A DNA stretch of 64,000 bases, from contig NC_042997.1 in NCBI RefSeq assembly GCF_006345805.1, positions 178,436,001 to 178,500,000 of the forward strand, written 5' to 3'. The translations under genes were made by a program, and so were the position numbers. Below the pieces are notes generated by a model, which worked only from the letters and a program-made list of their open reading frames with translations, was not told the DNA's origin and did no database searches. This stretch comes from Octopus sinensis. Taxonomy: Eukaryota. Below, piece after piece: positions 1 to 13,454 of the stretch; within the stretch, counting starts at the first letter, position 1, and every line of letters starts with the position of its first letter.

Positions 1-149
1 CTCATCTTTCTTGTTCTCCCACCCCGCTCTCTCTCTCTCTCTTTGCCTTTCTCTCGTGTTTAGTCCTCCTTCAACAAGACCGCTATCGATAGTCATGTAA
101 CCAAAGATACCTTGACATTTTTCGCTGTAGTCTCTTCTTCATACAATGA

Positions 150-701
150 ACCACAATTGTAAAAGTCAACAGTAGAGAGAGAGAGAGAGAGAGAGAGAGG
201 GATAGAGAGAGAGAAGAAGAGAGGGATAGAGGGAGAGAAGGAATGAGGGATAGAGGGATAGAGGGAGAAAGATAGAGAAGAGAGAAGGGGTGAGAAAGAG
301 AGGGAAGTGGGATGGGAAAGACTACGAAAAGAAGGGAACGGAAAAAGGAGAGAAACGTATGTACGTTTACACACATACACACACACACATGCACACACAC
401 GCGCGCATACACACAACACACATTCATACACATGTTCACACACACATGTACACACACACTCATACACAGAAAATATGCTTACAAGAGTACAAGCACAAAC
501 ATACACACACACGTATACATATATCTATATAATATGCTTAGATAAAATTACATATATACGTTTATACACACGCATATGCATGTATATATATATGCATATA
601 TACATACAGGTATATATGTATATATGTATATCTATATCTAGCTCTCTGTCTCTTTCTCTCTCTGTCTCTCTGTCTCTGTCTGTCTGTCTCTCTCTCTCTC
701 T

Positions 702-748
<47 letters not shown>

Positions 749-870
749 CTACATATATATATATATGTATGTATATATATGCATGTATATATATGCATAT
801 ATACATACAAGTATATATGTATATATGTATATCTATATCTAGCTCTCTGTCTCTTTCTCTCTGTCTCTGG

Positions 871-910
<40 letters not shown>

Positions 911-1026
911 CTACATATATATATATATGTATGTATATATATGCATGTATATATATGCATATATAAATACAAGTATATATGTATATATGTATATCTATAT
1001 CTAGCTCTCTGTCTCTTTCTCTCTCG

Positions 1027-1075
<49 letters not shown>

Positions 1076-1520
1076 TCTACATATATAGATATATGTATAT
1101 ATATGCATGTAATATATGCATATATACATACAAGTATATATGTATATATGATACTATATAGCTGTCTCTTTCTATATATATGTATATATATATAGATATC
1201 TACATATATATATAGTATATGTATGTATATATATTAATATATGTATGTATATATAGATACATCTATATATACTATGTATTATGTATTTGTATATCTTATA
1301 TATAGTATATAACTTATACTGTTCGGTGTGTGGTGTGTGCTGTGAGATTGAAGATAGAAGAAAAAACGAAAGTGAAAAAGAAAGAACGAAAGAGAGAGAG
1401 AGAGAGATAGAGAGAGAGTGAAAACGCGAATGAAAGAGAGCTGGAGAGAAGAAGTCCTAAGGATTGGATGGATGGATGAATGGATGTGTGTGTGTGTGTG
1501 TGTGGTGTGTGTGTGTGTGT
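150..1520. repeat. Compound microsatellite block (AG, AC, AT, TC, GT) with three copies of a composite 160-200 bp unit
   Basis: Dinucleotide runs throughout; the motif ctatatctagctctctgtctctttctctc recurs near 633, 833 and 995. Confidence 0.9.
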
Positions 1521-2134
1521 GTGTGTGGTGTGCGGGCGAGTAACAGAATCTGTGGTAGTCGTCTTAGACAGATTCAGTGTCTTGCGTTTCAGAACACAAT
1601 TAGAATAATTATCTTTTCATTGTTCTCCATTGAAAATGTTGATCATCGCTACATTTCTCTGTCCCCCCATCTTTCCCACACCCCGCCGCATCCAGCAACC
1701 ATCTTCCTTTCCTTCCTTCTTTCCTTCTTTCTTTCTTTCTTTCTTTCCTTCGCTCTCTCCCCCCCTCTCTCTCTCTCTCACACATACACACCATATACAC
1801 GTACACACACATACATTGACTTCAGCACTTTTTCTCTTGTGCATCTCCATACACCCTCCTAATTATGTCATACTCTTTGTGTGTCTTTCAATATGAGCTG
1901 GTATCATTCTACATGAATGCTATAAGTGAAAACGTGCCCGATTGTTCAGGTATATATGTATGTGTGTATAAATGTGTGTGTGTGTTTGTGTATGTGTGTG
2001 TGTGTGTATGTCTATATATATGTATATATCTGTATATATATATATATATATGTATATATCTGTATATATATACATATATGTATATAAATGTATACATACA
2101 TACAGACAGACATACATATATATATATATTTTTT

Positions 2135-2642
<508 letters not shown>

Positions 2643-2974
2643 TATGCTTATGAATGCTTGTATGTGCAAATATATGTATATATATATATATATGTACATA
2701 TATGTATACATAATTATTTATATAAAATATACATATAATATAAATCTCTTGTCTCTGTCTGTCTATCCCTCTATCTCTATCAGTGTGTATATCTATCTAT
2801 GTTTGTGTGTGAAAGAGAGAGTGCGTATGTCTCAGGGATATGTCTGTGTTGGATATGTGTGTAGGCACTTGGCTTGTACAAGTGTGTGAGCGTGTTTGTG
2901 TGTGAGCACTTTTGTGTGCATATGAATTCTAAAGATGTACTCCTGTGAACATTTGAGCATGTGTCTATATATAC

Positions 2975-3451
2975 GCTCTCTTTACTCTTTTACTTGTTTC
3001 AGTCATTTGACTATGGCCATGCTGGAGCAACGCCTTTAGTCGAGCAAATCGATCCCAGGACTTATTCTTTGTAAGCCTAGTACTTATTCTATTAGTCTCT
3101 TTTGCCGAACCGCTAAGTTACAGGGACGTAAACACGCCAGCATCGGTTGTCAAGTGACGTTGGGGGGACAAACACAGACACACAAACACAGACACACACA
3201 CACACCGACACACACAAACAGACAGACACACACACACACATGCACACACGCACACACACACGCATACACACACACATATACATACATACGACGGGGTTCT
3301 TTCAGTTTCCGTCTACCAAATCCACTCACAAGGCTTTGGTCGGCCCGAGGCTATAGTAGAAGACACTTGCCCAAGGTGCCACGCAGTGGGACTGAACCCG
3401 GAACCATGTGGTTGGTAAGCAAGCTACTTACTACACAGCCACTCCTACGCC
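2975..3451 (-). mobile_element. SINE family A, full length
   Basis: Same head, body and tail as 2135-2527. Confidence 0.9.
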
Positions 3452-3479
3452 TATGTATACATATGTTTACATTGTATAC

Positions 3480-3737
3480 TCTCTTTACTCTTTTACTTGC
3501 TTCAGTCATTTGACTGTGGCCATACTGTAGCACCGCCTTTAGTCGAGCAAATCGACCCCAGGATTTATTCTTTGTAAGCCTAGTACTTATTCTATCGGTC
3601 TTTTTTGCCGAAGCGCTAAGTTACGGGGACGTAAACACACCAGCATCGGTTGTCAAGCGATTTTGGGGGACAAACACAGACACAGAAAAACATACATAAT
3701 AATACATACATACATACATACATACATACATCATACA

Positions 3738-3810
<73 letters not shown>

Positions 3811-3882
3811 TATACCCATATATACGACGGACTTCTTTTTTCAGTTTCCGTCTACCAAGTCCACTCACAAGGCTTTGGTCGG
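3480..3882 (-). mobile_element. SINE family A, 5'-truncated
   Basis: Tail and body present; homology stops at ...ggctttggtcgg. Confidence 0.85.
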
Positions 3883-4169
3883 AGTTAGTTTGTTTACGTC
3901 TTCATAACTTAGCAGTTAGATGAAAAGAGATCGATGGAAGAAGTATCAGGCTTTAAAGATAAGTACTGGGGGGGGGGGTCTACTAAACCCTTCAAGGTGG
4001 CGCTCCAAAATTCCCACAGTCCAATAACTAAAACAAGCAAAAAAATAATAGACAACCCATGAGGAGTAGTTCACAACCTAAGAGATGTGGTGTACTCGAA
4101 TCAAAGAACACACAAGTAGTAGAAGGATCAATAGCAATCTTTTCTACTATTGGAAGAACGCCTGAATTT

Positions 4170-4393
4170 TGGGGTGAGGGGAAGCGACCAGTCGATTACA
4201 TCGATTCCAGTGCTTAACTAGTTCTTGTTATATTGATCCCGAAAGGATGAATGACAAAGGTGACCTCGATAAAATTTTATCTCAGTAAGTGCAAACGGAC
4301 GAAATGCCGTTAAGCATTTTGTTCGGCGTGTTAACTATTCTGCCAACTCGCTGCCTAGAATGAACAATAATAATTATTTGTAGTTTCTTTCTA
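4170..4393 (-). mobile_element. Degenerate SINE family B fragment, first unit of a local tandem duplication (other units near 5215-5450 and 5450-5650)
   Basis: gaaaggatgaa...gcattttgttcggcgtg...ctgcctagaatgaacaataataatt recurs at 5260-5440. Confidence 0.65.
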
Positions 4394-4557
4394 GGCGGAG
4401 GAGTGGCTGTGTGGCCAGTAGCTTGCTTACGAACCACATGGTTCCGGGTTCAGTCCCACTGCGTGACACCTTGGGCAAGTGTCTTCTACTATAGCGTCGG
4501 GCTGACCAAAGCCTTGTGAGTGGATTTGGTAGACGGAAACTGAAAGAAGTCCGTCGT

Positions 4558-4595
<38 letters not shown>

Positions 4596-4953
4596 TAGAA
4601 ATATTGAATTTCTAAATGTCTCAAACAGACATGAGCGGTGGTGGAGCGATAGAGTGGTTGTATACTGTCAACATAACGTGGCAGTCCCGTAAGGGAATTA
4701 CACCACCGCAATTTAGCCCTAGGAAGCATCGACGCTTCCTGTCGGCTTTGACACATTTCCTGTGTCCTTATATTTGCGAAGGGGAGGCAAGCACCCCCAC
4801 CAGCTAGGGCTAGCACCTAGGTGCCTCCCCATCGCAAATATAGGGACACAGGAAATGTATCAAAGCCGACAGGAAGCGTCGGTGCTTCCTAGGGCTAAAT
4901 TGCGGTGGTGTAATTCCCTTACCGGACTGTCACGTTATGTTGACAGTATACAA

Positions 4954-4989
<36 letters not shown>

Positions 4990-5215
4990 TCTCTCTCTAT
5001 ATATATGTGTGTGTGTTTGTCCCTCCTCCAACATCGCTTAACAACCGATACTGGTATGTTTACGTCCCCGTAACTTAGGGGTTCGGCAAAAGAAACCGAT
5101 AGAATAAGTATTAGGCTTACAAAGGATAAGTCCTGGGGTCGATTTGCTCGACTAAAGGCGGTGCTCCAGCATGGCCGCAATCAAATGACTGAAACAAGTA
5201 AAAGAGTAAAGAGTT
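4394..5215 (+). mobile_element. SINE family A interrupted in its internal microsatellite by a palindromic insertion (about 4590-4960)
   Basis: Head at 4394, body to about 4590, 3' half resumes at about 5000 and ends with the tail at about 5213. Confidence 0.85.
4652..4959. repeat. Fold-back palindrome with 138-bp arms and a 32-nt loop; probably derived from a Penelope-like pLTR
   Basis: 4652-4789 is the near-perfect reverse complement of 4822-4959. A single-arm homolog at about 23800-24090 carries a hammerhead-like core. Confidence 0.9.
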
Positions 5216-6457
5216 TAGGTTCAAGACCTGAGATTTTTGGTAAGGGTCTAGTCAGTTACATCGACCCCAGTGCTTAACTGGTACATATTTTATAACTACG
5301 AAAGGATGAAAAGTAAAGTAGAGCTCGATGAAATTTGAACTCAGTAAGCACAAACGGACGAAATATCGTTAAGCATTTTGTCCGGTATGTTAACTATTCT
5401 GCCAACGCACTGCCTAGAATGAACAATAATAATTCTTTCTAGTTTAGGTTCAAGGCCTGAAATTTGTGAGGAGTGGGTCTATTGCATCGACACCAGTGTT
5501 CAACTGGTACTTATTTTATCGACACCGAAAGAATGAAAGACAAAGTTGACCTCGTAGGAATTTGAACTTAGTACGTAAAGACGGACGAAACGCCGCCAAG
5601 TATTTCGTCCGGCGTGCTAGCGATTCTGTCAGCTCACCGCCTAGCATGAACAAAATTATGGAATGACAGAGACTTATTAGTTGTTTAACCCTAGGCCATC
5701 TCTGAATGAAATGATGTATGATCGAAGGTATTCCAGTCATGACCATTCTGTCATTTTATATACCAAAGACTAAATTGTCTAAAGCATTCTTTCTTTAATT
5801 CTTTTTTAATAAAATAATGTGTGTGATTTCAAGGAATTTTTGCTTCATAATTCTGGTTGGTCGAATCAGCACGTAGAGGGTTCTTCTTTTGCCCAAGAAA
5901 TCGAAAAAGATAGCTCGGAGTTAATCGACAAGGCCATCACCATCATCCCCCTTAGCAGCACTAGTCACACCAGCAGCAGCAGCACCCCACCCCCACTCCC
6001 ACCTCCACCACCACCTCCACCACCACTAACTTAGACAATAGCTACAACAAAGATAAGAAATGGAGAATAACAATAATAACATATTTAACATTGGCACATC
6101 GCCATTTTTTTTTTGGTTTTAGTGGGGAAAACGCCGTCAGTGAAATGTGAATCAATTTCAGTACTTGACTGGCGCCATTATATTACAGGATTTGAAGTCG
6201 GAACCTAAAGATATACATTCACTATCGCGTGGTTGCCTCGTATCTCCCATATTTCAGATACCATCATTGGTTTTTCACACCACTTCAGCTGGTCGTCTGA
6301 GAGTAATCACAAAGCATTGCTGAATAACCGCTCAGAATAAGACATCACATGCCCATTACCGCATATCAAACGCTGTATGGTGATTTTCTTGCAATGTTGA
6401 GTCCCTGCCACCCAATGCTTTCGTATCTTAGGGCTAGTATCTTAAAGACTTTATATT

Positions 6458-6952
6458 TAAAATAGAAAATTTCTATTTGTAAATCTCCCAACGGGAGTCA
6501 TTCAGTAACAGTACTCTAGAGTAAAGATCATTTGCCAACATAATGTAGCAGTCCTGGTTTAGGACGAATGTTATTGCTATTTAGCCCCAGGAAACATCAT
6601 TTCCAGCTGGCTATCCGACACACTCAGCACAGAACAATATCTATGTATCGCGATATCTAGGTTATTTCCCTTCATCAGCACAGAATAACTGTTCGGCTAG
6701 AGGTGGCGCTGCTAAATTCTTGTTCGAAATATATAGTTTTCAAAGTGACACAGAGTCATTGATTTAATAAAATAGAAACCAGGACTGCCACATTATGGTG
6801 GCAAATAATCTTTACTCTAGAGTACTGTTACTGAATGTCTCTCGTTGAGAGATTTACAAATAAAAATTTCTATTTTATTAGATCAGTGTCTGTGTGTCAC
6901 TTTGAAAACTATATATTTCGAATAAGAATTTAGCAGCGCCACCTCTAGCCGA
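6458..6952. repeat. Two overlapping inverted-repeat pairs (6458-6560/6777-6878 and 6693-6778/6867-6952), with a further inverted copy at about 7435-7640
   Basis: Reverse-complement matches, e.g. cagtaacagtactctagagtaaagat / atctttactctagagtactgttactg and gctagaggtggcgctgctaaattctt / aagaatttagcagcgccacctctagc. Confidence 0.85.
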
Positions 6953-6956
6953 TAAA

Positions 6957-7160
6957 GCAGTACTGAAAGAGCGTGTATGGAGGACTCGAATGGAAAGTTT
7001 TTTGACAGGGTCCTTCGTCTCCGGCCCCAGTTTGCTATATTACTTCATATATCATCTGAAGAGCAAGATGGGGTTGGAGAGGAAGACCCTGCCACCGAGT
7101 GAATACGGAAAACGATGGAAGGATGTGATGAGAAAGGTCGGTGTCAGTAACCCAGCTTAA
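6957..7160 (+). pseudogene. Tx1/L1-clade LINE ORF2 C-terminal fragment
   Basis: Translates AVLKERVWRTRMESFLTGSFVSGPSLLYYFIYHLKSKMGLERKTLPPSEYGKRWKDVMRKV*, homologous to the C-terminus of the element at 15266-16394 (AKECIWWTRLKGLETNTFLSGQSLINFFEYHLKGKVRVE). Confidence 0.8.
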
Positions 7161-9589
7161 TCATCGAAGAAAGGAAAATACTAGTTCAGTTTTTGAACCT
7201 GCTATCCCTTTCCCTTTTATTACCATATGTTATGATCTCTAGTTCTAATGTTAAAAAAACCCACAAAAGTTCTCGTTTTCAAGGCAAAAGTAAGTCAATT
7301 ATTCGTTTATTTCACATCATAATTAAATTTTTAAAAGTTTCATTCGAACTCATATAAAATTTTTGTATTTGTTTGTCTTGTTATGTCCTTTTCTATGTTC
7401 GATCTCATGATCATAATAAAGATTTTACCTCAAGCCGATGAAGAGAAATAACCCAGACATCGCGAAACACTGATATTGTTTTGTGCTGAGTGGGAATGCT
7501 CAAATCCCTGGTTCGAAAATATAAGTACACAGACACTGTGTCGTATAACCAGCCGGAAACGATGTTTCCTGGGGCTAAATAACAGTAACATTCGTCTTAA
7601 ACCAGGACTGACACATTATGTTGGCAATAATCTTCACTTTATATTTAGCGTGTAAGAAATGGTTAAATACCTTTCTGACCACCAGTAGGTCGGCTAACAG
7701 TGACTTACATAACATGTCTCTTCTAGTTTATCAATTGATTCCATCTAGTTTAATACTTTCTGATATTAGCTTCTCATTAAAACTAAGCGATTGTGTTCTA
7801 ATATTACTTTTCAACCCAACCTCAAATTTATTAGCATGATGACTTCTATAGAATCCGCTTAATTAATCCGCTTGCCGTTGGCTATCTATGTAAGAAACTA
7901 CACCCTCAGTTTCTTGTTTTGAGGACGGCTGCTTAGAAGTTCTGTGTTGATTATACAGACCACAAGCTTGTGGTCTGTGTAGCAAACTTGACAAAAATGT
8001 GTACCACTCTACACAATCCAGATCCACTAATCTAATAAAGTATTATATCTAAATATGATCTGGTTGATCTGTTCCGAGTTCTCCAAGTTTACTTTGGCAC
8101 GTTCGAGGAAAACGTTCGAGAAAGACATTCCAGTTTGTTAAACAGTTGATGTCTGGATGGGTTTGAGAGTGTTTGCACCTTCCTCTTTTAGTCTTCCAAT
8201 AGCAATAATTTGCTTGAAGAAGTTTTGTCATGTGGACCCACCAGGGCGGTTTGGCCAGTGCACTGCATTGTATACTGCCTATGTCTAACATCATCAACCT
8301 GTCAGTGATATTCAGAAAAATTGTCAGTTATATTAAAAAAAAATTGTCATTACTTCGAGATCCAGGCATTCCTGAAACAACAATGATATCCACTTAATCT
8401 GCACTGAATAAACAAGGAACAAACCACATAATCATTCACAAAACGAACAAGTTCGAGTGATAAGAAACGGTGTATTTTTGAGGATTATAACTTCTAGATT
8501 TAAAGATACTCCCAGCTCATGCATATTTATACAATCAAATCTTGTTAAAACTTCAGCGCGAATTAAAAGATGCCAGTGAAAGGGATGCTTATCTGGAACT
8601 AAGACTTCATCGGAACCCCGAAGACTGGTCTGAAAGCTCAAAGATTTTGAATACAAGAATACACATTTTATTAGTGGGTATAATCTTTGACTGGACAGGT
8701 AAATATTTTGTTGATCGTAGACTGATGGAAGATAAAGTCGACGAGTTGTATTTGAACAGAGAGCTAACGAACCTGAAGAAGTTTGATCACCTGATCTGTT
8801 TGGGAAACTCAACACGATAAAATTTTGTCCAAAGATCTTAAGCTCTAAATCATATCTAAGTTAGGTACAAACCCATAAATTTAGGATAAGGGGTGTGGTC
8901 GATCTATCGATTCCAGTACTTGATTTACACATCTTCATTGATCTGAGAAGAGTGAAAAGTAAATTCATTTCATTGATTTTAGAAGCAAAGTAAAGCTCGA
9001 GGAGATTTGAGCACAGAGTGTAACGGGGCGTAATTAAATACCGCAAGATATTTTACCCGACGCAATACTGATTCTGCCACGTACCGCTCTTAATATCAAT
9101 GATTATTGTTTCTGATATAGGCAGTACAAGGTCAGAAACTTCGGGAATGAATAATATAGACCTCAGACCTTTTCTTGACTCGTGGTTTTTTAAGATCCAT
9201 CTCGGAGAGATGAAAGGAAAAGTTAACCTCAGGGGAATTTGAACTCAGAAAGTAAAAGTACAAGATATTTTGTCCGATGCTGTCCACCGCCCTTGGTATC
9301 AACAGTGAAGAGGAGCCAACGGGAGGGCTTCAGGTTGGTCGCTTGATTTGCTAGAAATAATAGCCCAATCTTTCTCCCAGTTGTCTTAAGAAAAGGGTGG
9401 CACTGGATAATGTAAATACACTATATGAGGAATAAAAACAAACAAACAAACAAACAAACGAAATTTGACAGAAAGTTCCTGGCTGGAATGCCTTTTGGCC
9501 ATAGACCTGATCTGCAGCTAAATAACGAAAGCTATAACAGCAACAACAATAACAACAACAAAAGTGATTCTTTACATTATATAATACTG

Positions 9590-9725
9590 CTAAGACGGCG
9601 AAGTGGCAGAATCGTAGTGGTACTTCGCCCGTTGCTACCTTCTGAGTTCAAATTCCGCCGAGGTCGACCTTTCCTTTCATCCTTTCGGGGTCGATAAATT
9701 AAGTACCAGTGAAACACTGGTACTT
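9590..9725 (+). mobile_element. Degenerate SINE family B, 5' part
   Basis: ggcgaagtggcagaatcg...gagttcaaattccgccgaggtcgacc...gtcgataaattaagtaccag. Weaker minus-strand remnants also lie at about 8900-9080 and 9170-9290. Confidence 0.7.
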
Positions 9726-10479
9726 AATTTATCAATTATTTGCTTCCCATAAACATCCAGGCCTTCTGCCTATAGGTGAAAGGATTATATAATACTGCTG
9801 CTGCTGTTGTTGTTGTTAAGCAACAAGACGGGTAAGGGTGATTAGGTGATGGTCTAGGGCTTAGGAGCGGGAGACTCCAGACCTTGGAAAAAAAAAATAC
9901 TTTGGTCGTCTTGTTGTAGTCGAGGGCTCTTCGTTGACGCCCGACACCACTGGGAGGTGGCCCTCGAAGTCGCTGGAAATGGAAATCTCCAGGTCCAAAT
10001 TCTTGGACGGCATGCTGTTGCTGCTGCTGCTGATGATGATGGTGTGAAAAGAACAAAGAGGAGGAGGAACAGGAAGAGGAGAAATAGGAGTAGTAGGAGA
10101 CTGAATTAAAAAGAAAACAAAACAATAGTAATATGAATATATGAATATAATGCAGAAACGACACAAACAACAACAAGAACGAGAAGGAAACGAGGATATG
10201 CAATACGCTGCTGCTGCTGCTAGTGAGGCTGGTGAGGCTGATGATGACGACGACGACCTACGACGTCGACGGCCACGGCGACCACGACAATACGGTGACA
10301 CTGATATTGCCCGCATCTGGAGCGTGTGTAACTGAAACTAGAAATTCTGAATCTAAACCAGCATTATATAGCGTCATTCTACATGATATTTGATATATCT
10401 CAAAGACAGTGATGGAAGCATCTAGAAATAATTGCCGTCATATCAACGCACTTGTCCTTTATTCAAAGTATTTAATGCA

Positions 10480-11070
<591 letters not shown>

Positions 11071-11336
11071 AAGGTATTGGGATCGATTTGCTCGACCAAA
11101 ATCCTCCAAGACGGTGCCCCAGCATGGTTGCAGTCCAACAAGTGAAACAAGTAAAACATCTATCGTTTTTTCTTGAGATGACCAAGACAAGCCGTGTGTC
11201 ACGGTGGCGACCCTCTGACTCCATCCAGAGATGAGAGTAAAAGGCTAAACAATACAAACTACGTTGTCATAGTAATTTCCTGCTGCCTTACTCTAGTAAA
11301 AAAAACTACAGCTTATAGCATCGTTTTATTCGGATG

Positions 11337-11510
11337 GAGACTGTGAAAGCAGCTGAAGTTGGGTCACGAGGATTCGTGGCTGCATCAACCTGTTGGCTAC
11401 TCGGGCAGTTGGGTATCGAAGGCTGCAGAAGAACTGCCGCAATCAAACGGTTGTCTGATGTTGCTGAAAAGAGCACAACGTAGATATGGGTGAAGAGAAA
11501 TGAACGATAG
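11337..11510 (+). pseudogene. RLE-type LINE C-terminal remnant (HERO/NeSL-like)
   Basis: ETVKAAEVGSRGFVAASTCWLLGQLGIEGCRRTAAIKRLSDVAEKSTT*IWVKRNER* matches the EVGxRGFV...LGI...AEK...W+W terminal pattern of HERO-type elements; one premature stop. Confidence 0.7.
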
Positions 11511-11758
11511 ACCTAGTTATAGATTCCATTGGTTATTTACAGGAATAGGAAGAAGAAGAGAACTGGTTCCTTTTGTCGGTCAGAGTGGCTTAGTGGGCTG
11601 AAACACAAACATGGGGCACAAGTTCACAAAAAGAACAACAAAAAAAAAAAACGACCCAGGTTCAAATCCTGCTGGAGACAAGATTCTGGAAAGCCGCAGC
11701 AAAACACCTAGGTGTCATGACCTGGATAGGTCCGGTTCCTGTAGAATATCAGGTAGAA

Positions 11759-12175
11759 GGCGGCGAGCTGGCAGAAACGTTAGCGCGCCGGGCGAAATGT
11801 TTATCGGTGTTTCGTCTTCCGTTACGTTCTGAGTTCAAATTCCGCCGAGGTCGACTTTGCCTTTCATCCTTTCGGGATCGATAAATTAAGCAGCAATTAC
11901 GCACTGGGGTCGATATAATCGACTTAATCCGTTTGTCTGTCCTTGTTTGTCCCCTCTGTGTTTAGCCCCTTGTGGGTAGTAAAGAAATAGGTATTTCGTC
12001 TGCCTTTACGTTCTGAGTTCAAATTCCGCCGAGGTCGACTTTGCCTTTCATCCTTTCGAGGTCGATTAAATAAGTACCAGTTACGCACCGTGGTCGATAT
12101 AATCGACTTAATCCGTTTGTCTGTCCTTGTTTGTCGTCTCTGTGCTTAGTCCCCTGTGGGTAGTAAAGAAATAGG
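11759..12175 (+). mobile_element. SINE family B with two tandem 184-bp 3' units
   Basis: Head GGCGGCGAGCTGGCAGAAACGTTAG; B-box GAGTTCAAATTCC; Nin/Deu-like GCCTTTCATCCTTTCGGGGTCGATAAA; units start at 11807 and 11991; direct repeat aggtagaagg at both ends. Confidence 0.92.
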
Positions 12176-13454
12176 TAGAAGGGCTGAAACACTTGTCTGA
12201 CGGGAGTTCTTCCTCTGATGATCTCTCCTTTGCGCTCACCTTGCGGCGAGTTTCTGTTATTTTTTTTAGTGAAAAACTACAGCTTATGGAACGTATACTA
12301 CTTTCTTTTCCAATTAGTTTATCATGCAGCTTTCGTCTTCGAACTCTTTGTTGATACATGTTAGGATGCAGAAGCCAGTTTTTATCTAAGGCAAGATTCC
12401 TTTAATTTGCCGAAAAATACACCTTTTGCGAAGTAGATATCATCCAGCTATTCGGCAAATATGGCTCTTTTAGTCTAATTGCTTCTGTGTGAAAACTTTA
12501 TACTGGACATAATTCTTTTATCAGTAATATTCTGCCCACTTAATTTTGCTAGTTTTCCTCTACTATTTCTATTAACTTGCTGGTTTTGCTAACATCCCTC
12601 ATCTATTTCTGTTAACTTGCTGGAGAAATACTATCTACTATCTCTCATCTATTTCTCCCAACTTAGTGGTTTTGCTTACGTTACATTATTATTATTTTCA
12701 TCATCTTGCTGGCCTTGGTGATCCCCCTCCCCACTGTCTGTGCCAACTTGCTCTGTTTTACTTCAACAACTACTTGTCTACTGACTTAAACGAACAGGAG
12801 AACAATTTAAAAAATTGAATGGTAGAGGGTTAGTAGGTTAGTCAGAGATAATAGGGTTATTAGCGGGAGGAACAAAAGATGAAAACCTAAAGTAATTACT
12901 TGGATAAATTATTACTCGGATACGAATGTATTTTTTTCAGAACCAGCTAGTTATCTATTTAGTGTATTGTTGTGTTTAATTATATGTAAGAAATCATTGA
13001 TTATTAATGTTTGCGAATTACTTTGCGCTGTGTTTCTGTTGTTTATTTGTAACATTATTATTATTATTTTTTTATCCTATACAGTTTCTGGCTATTCTAG
13101 GAATGTGAAAGTTCCAATCGTCATTTCTAGTGCTTAATTAAATATCTCTATAAGAAAATAAATTCATTGTCTGACGTAGCCTCAAATATTCATCGAGTTC
13201 CAAACTTAAAAAATGAGCTGAATGAAATTACACTACTATGTTGGCAGTGTTTAGTCTCCAATCAAGAACGTTATTACAGCATTGAAGCTCACAGTGTGGA
13301 TAGTTGAAGCAACAGAATGGTGAACAAAACGACTTTGTGAAATTGAGTCATGCTCCTTTTTGTTCTGTCTGGGGAGAGTCATTTTCTTTTTGCGCCTTAT
13401 AATTTAACACACTCACCGGTAAAAATTCCGCTTATTTCTTATTTTTGTTTTTGA

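Noticed and set aside
83-1200. Long ORFs such as 307..966 (219 aa)
   Set aside because: They are translations of dinucleotide microsatellites (YI, HT, SL, VC repeats); the same applies to similar ORFs across the window.
9915-9945. RQRRALD resemblance to a TGF-beta furin site
   Set aside because: The cysteine-knot sequence expected after ALD is absent.
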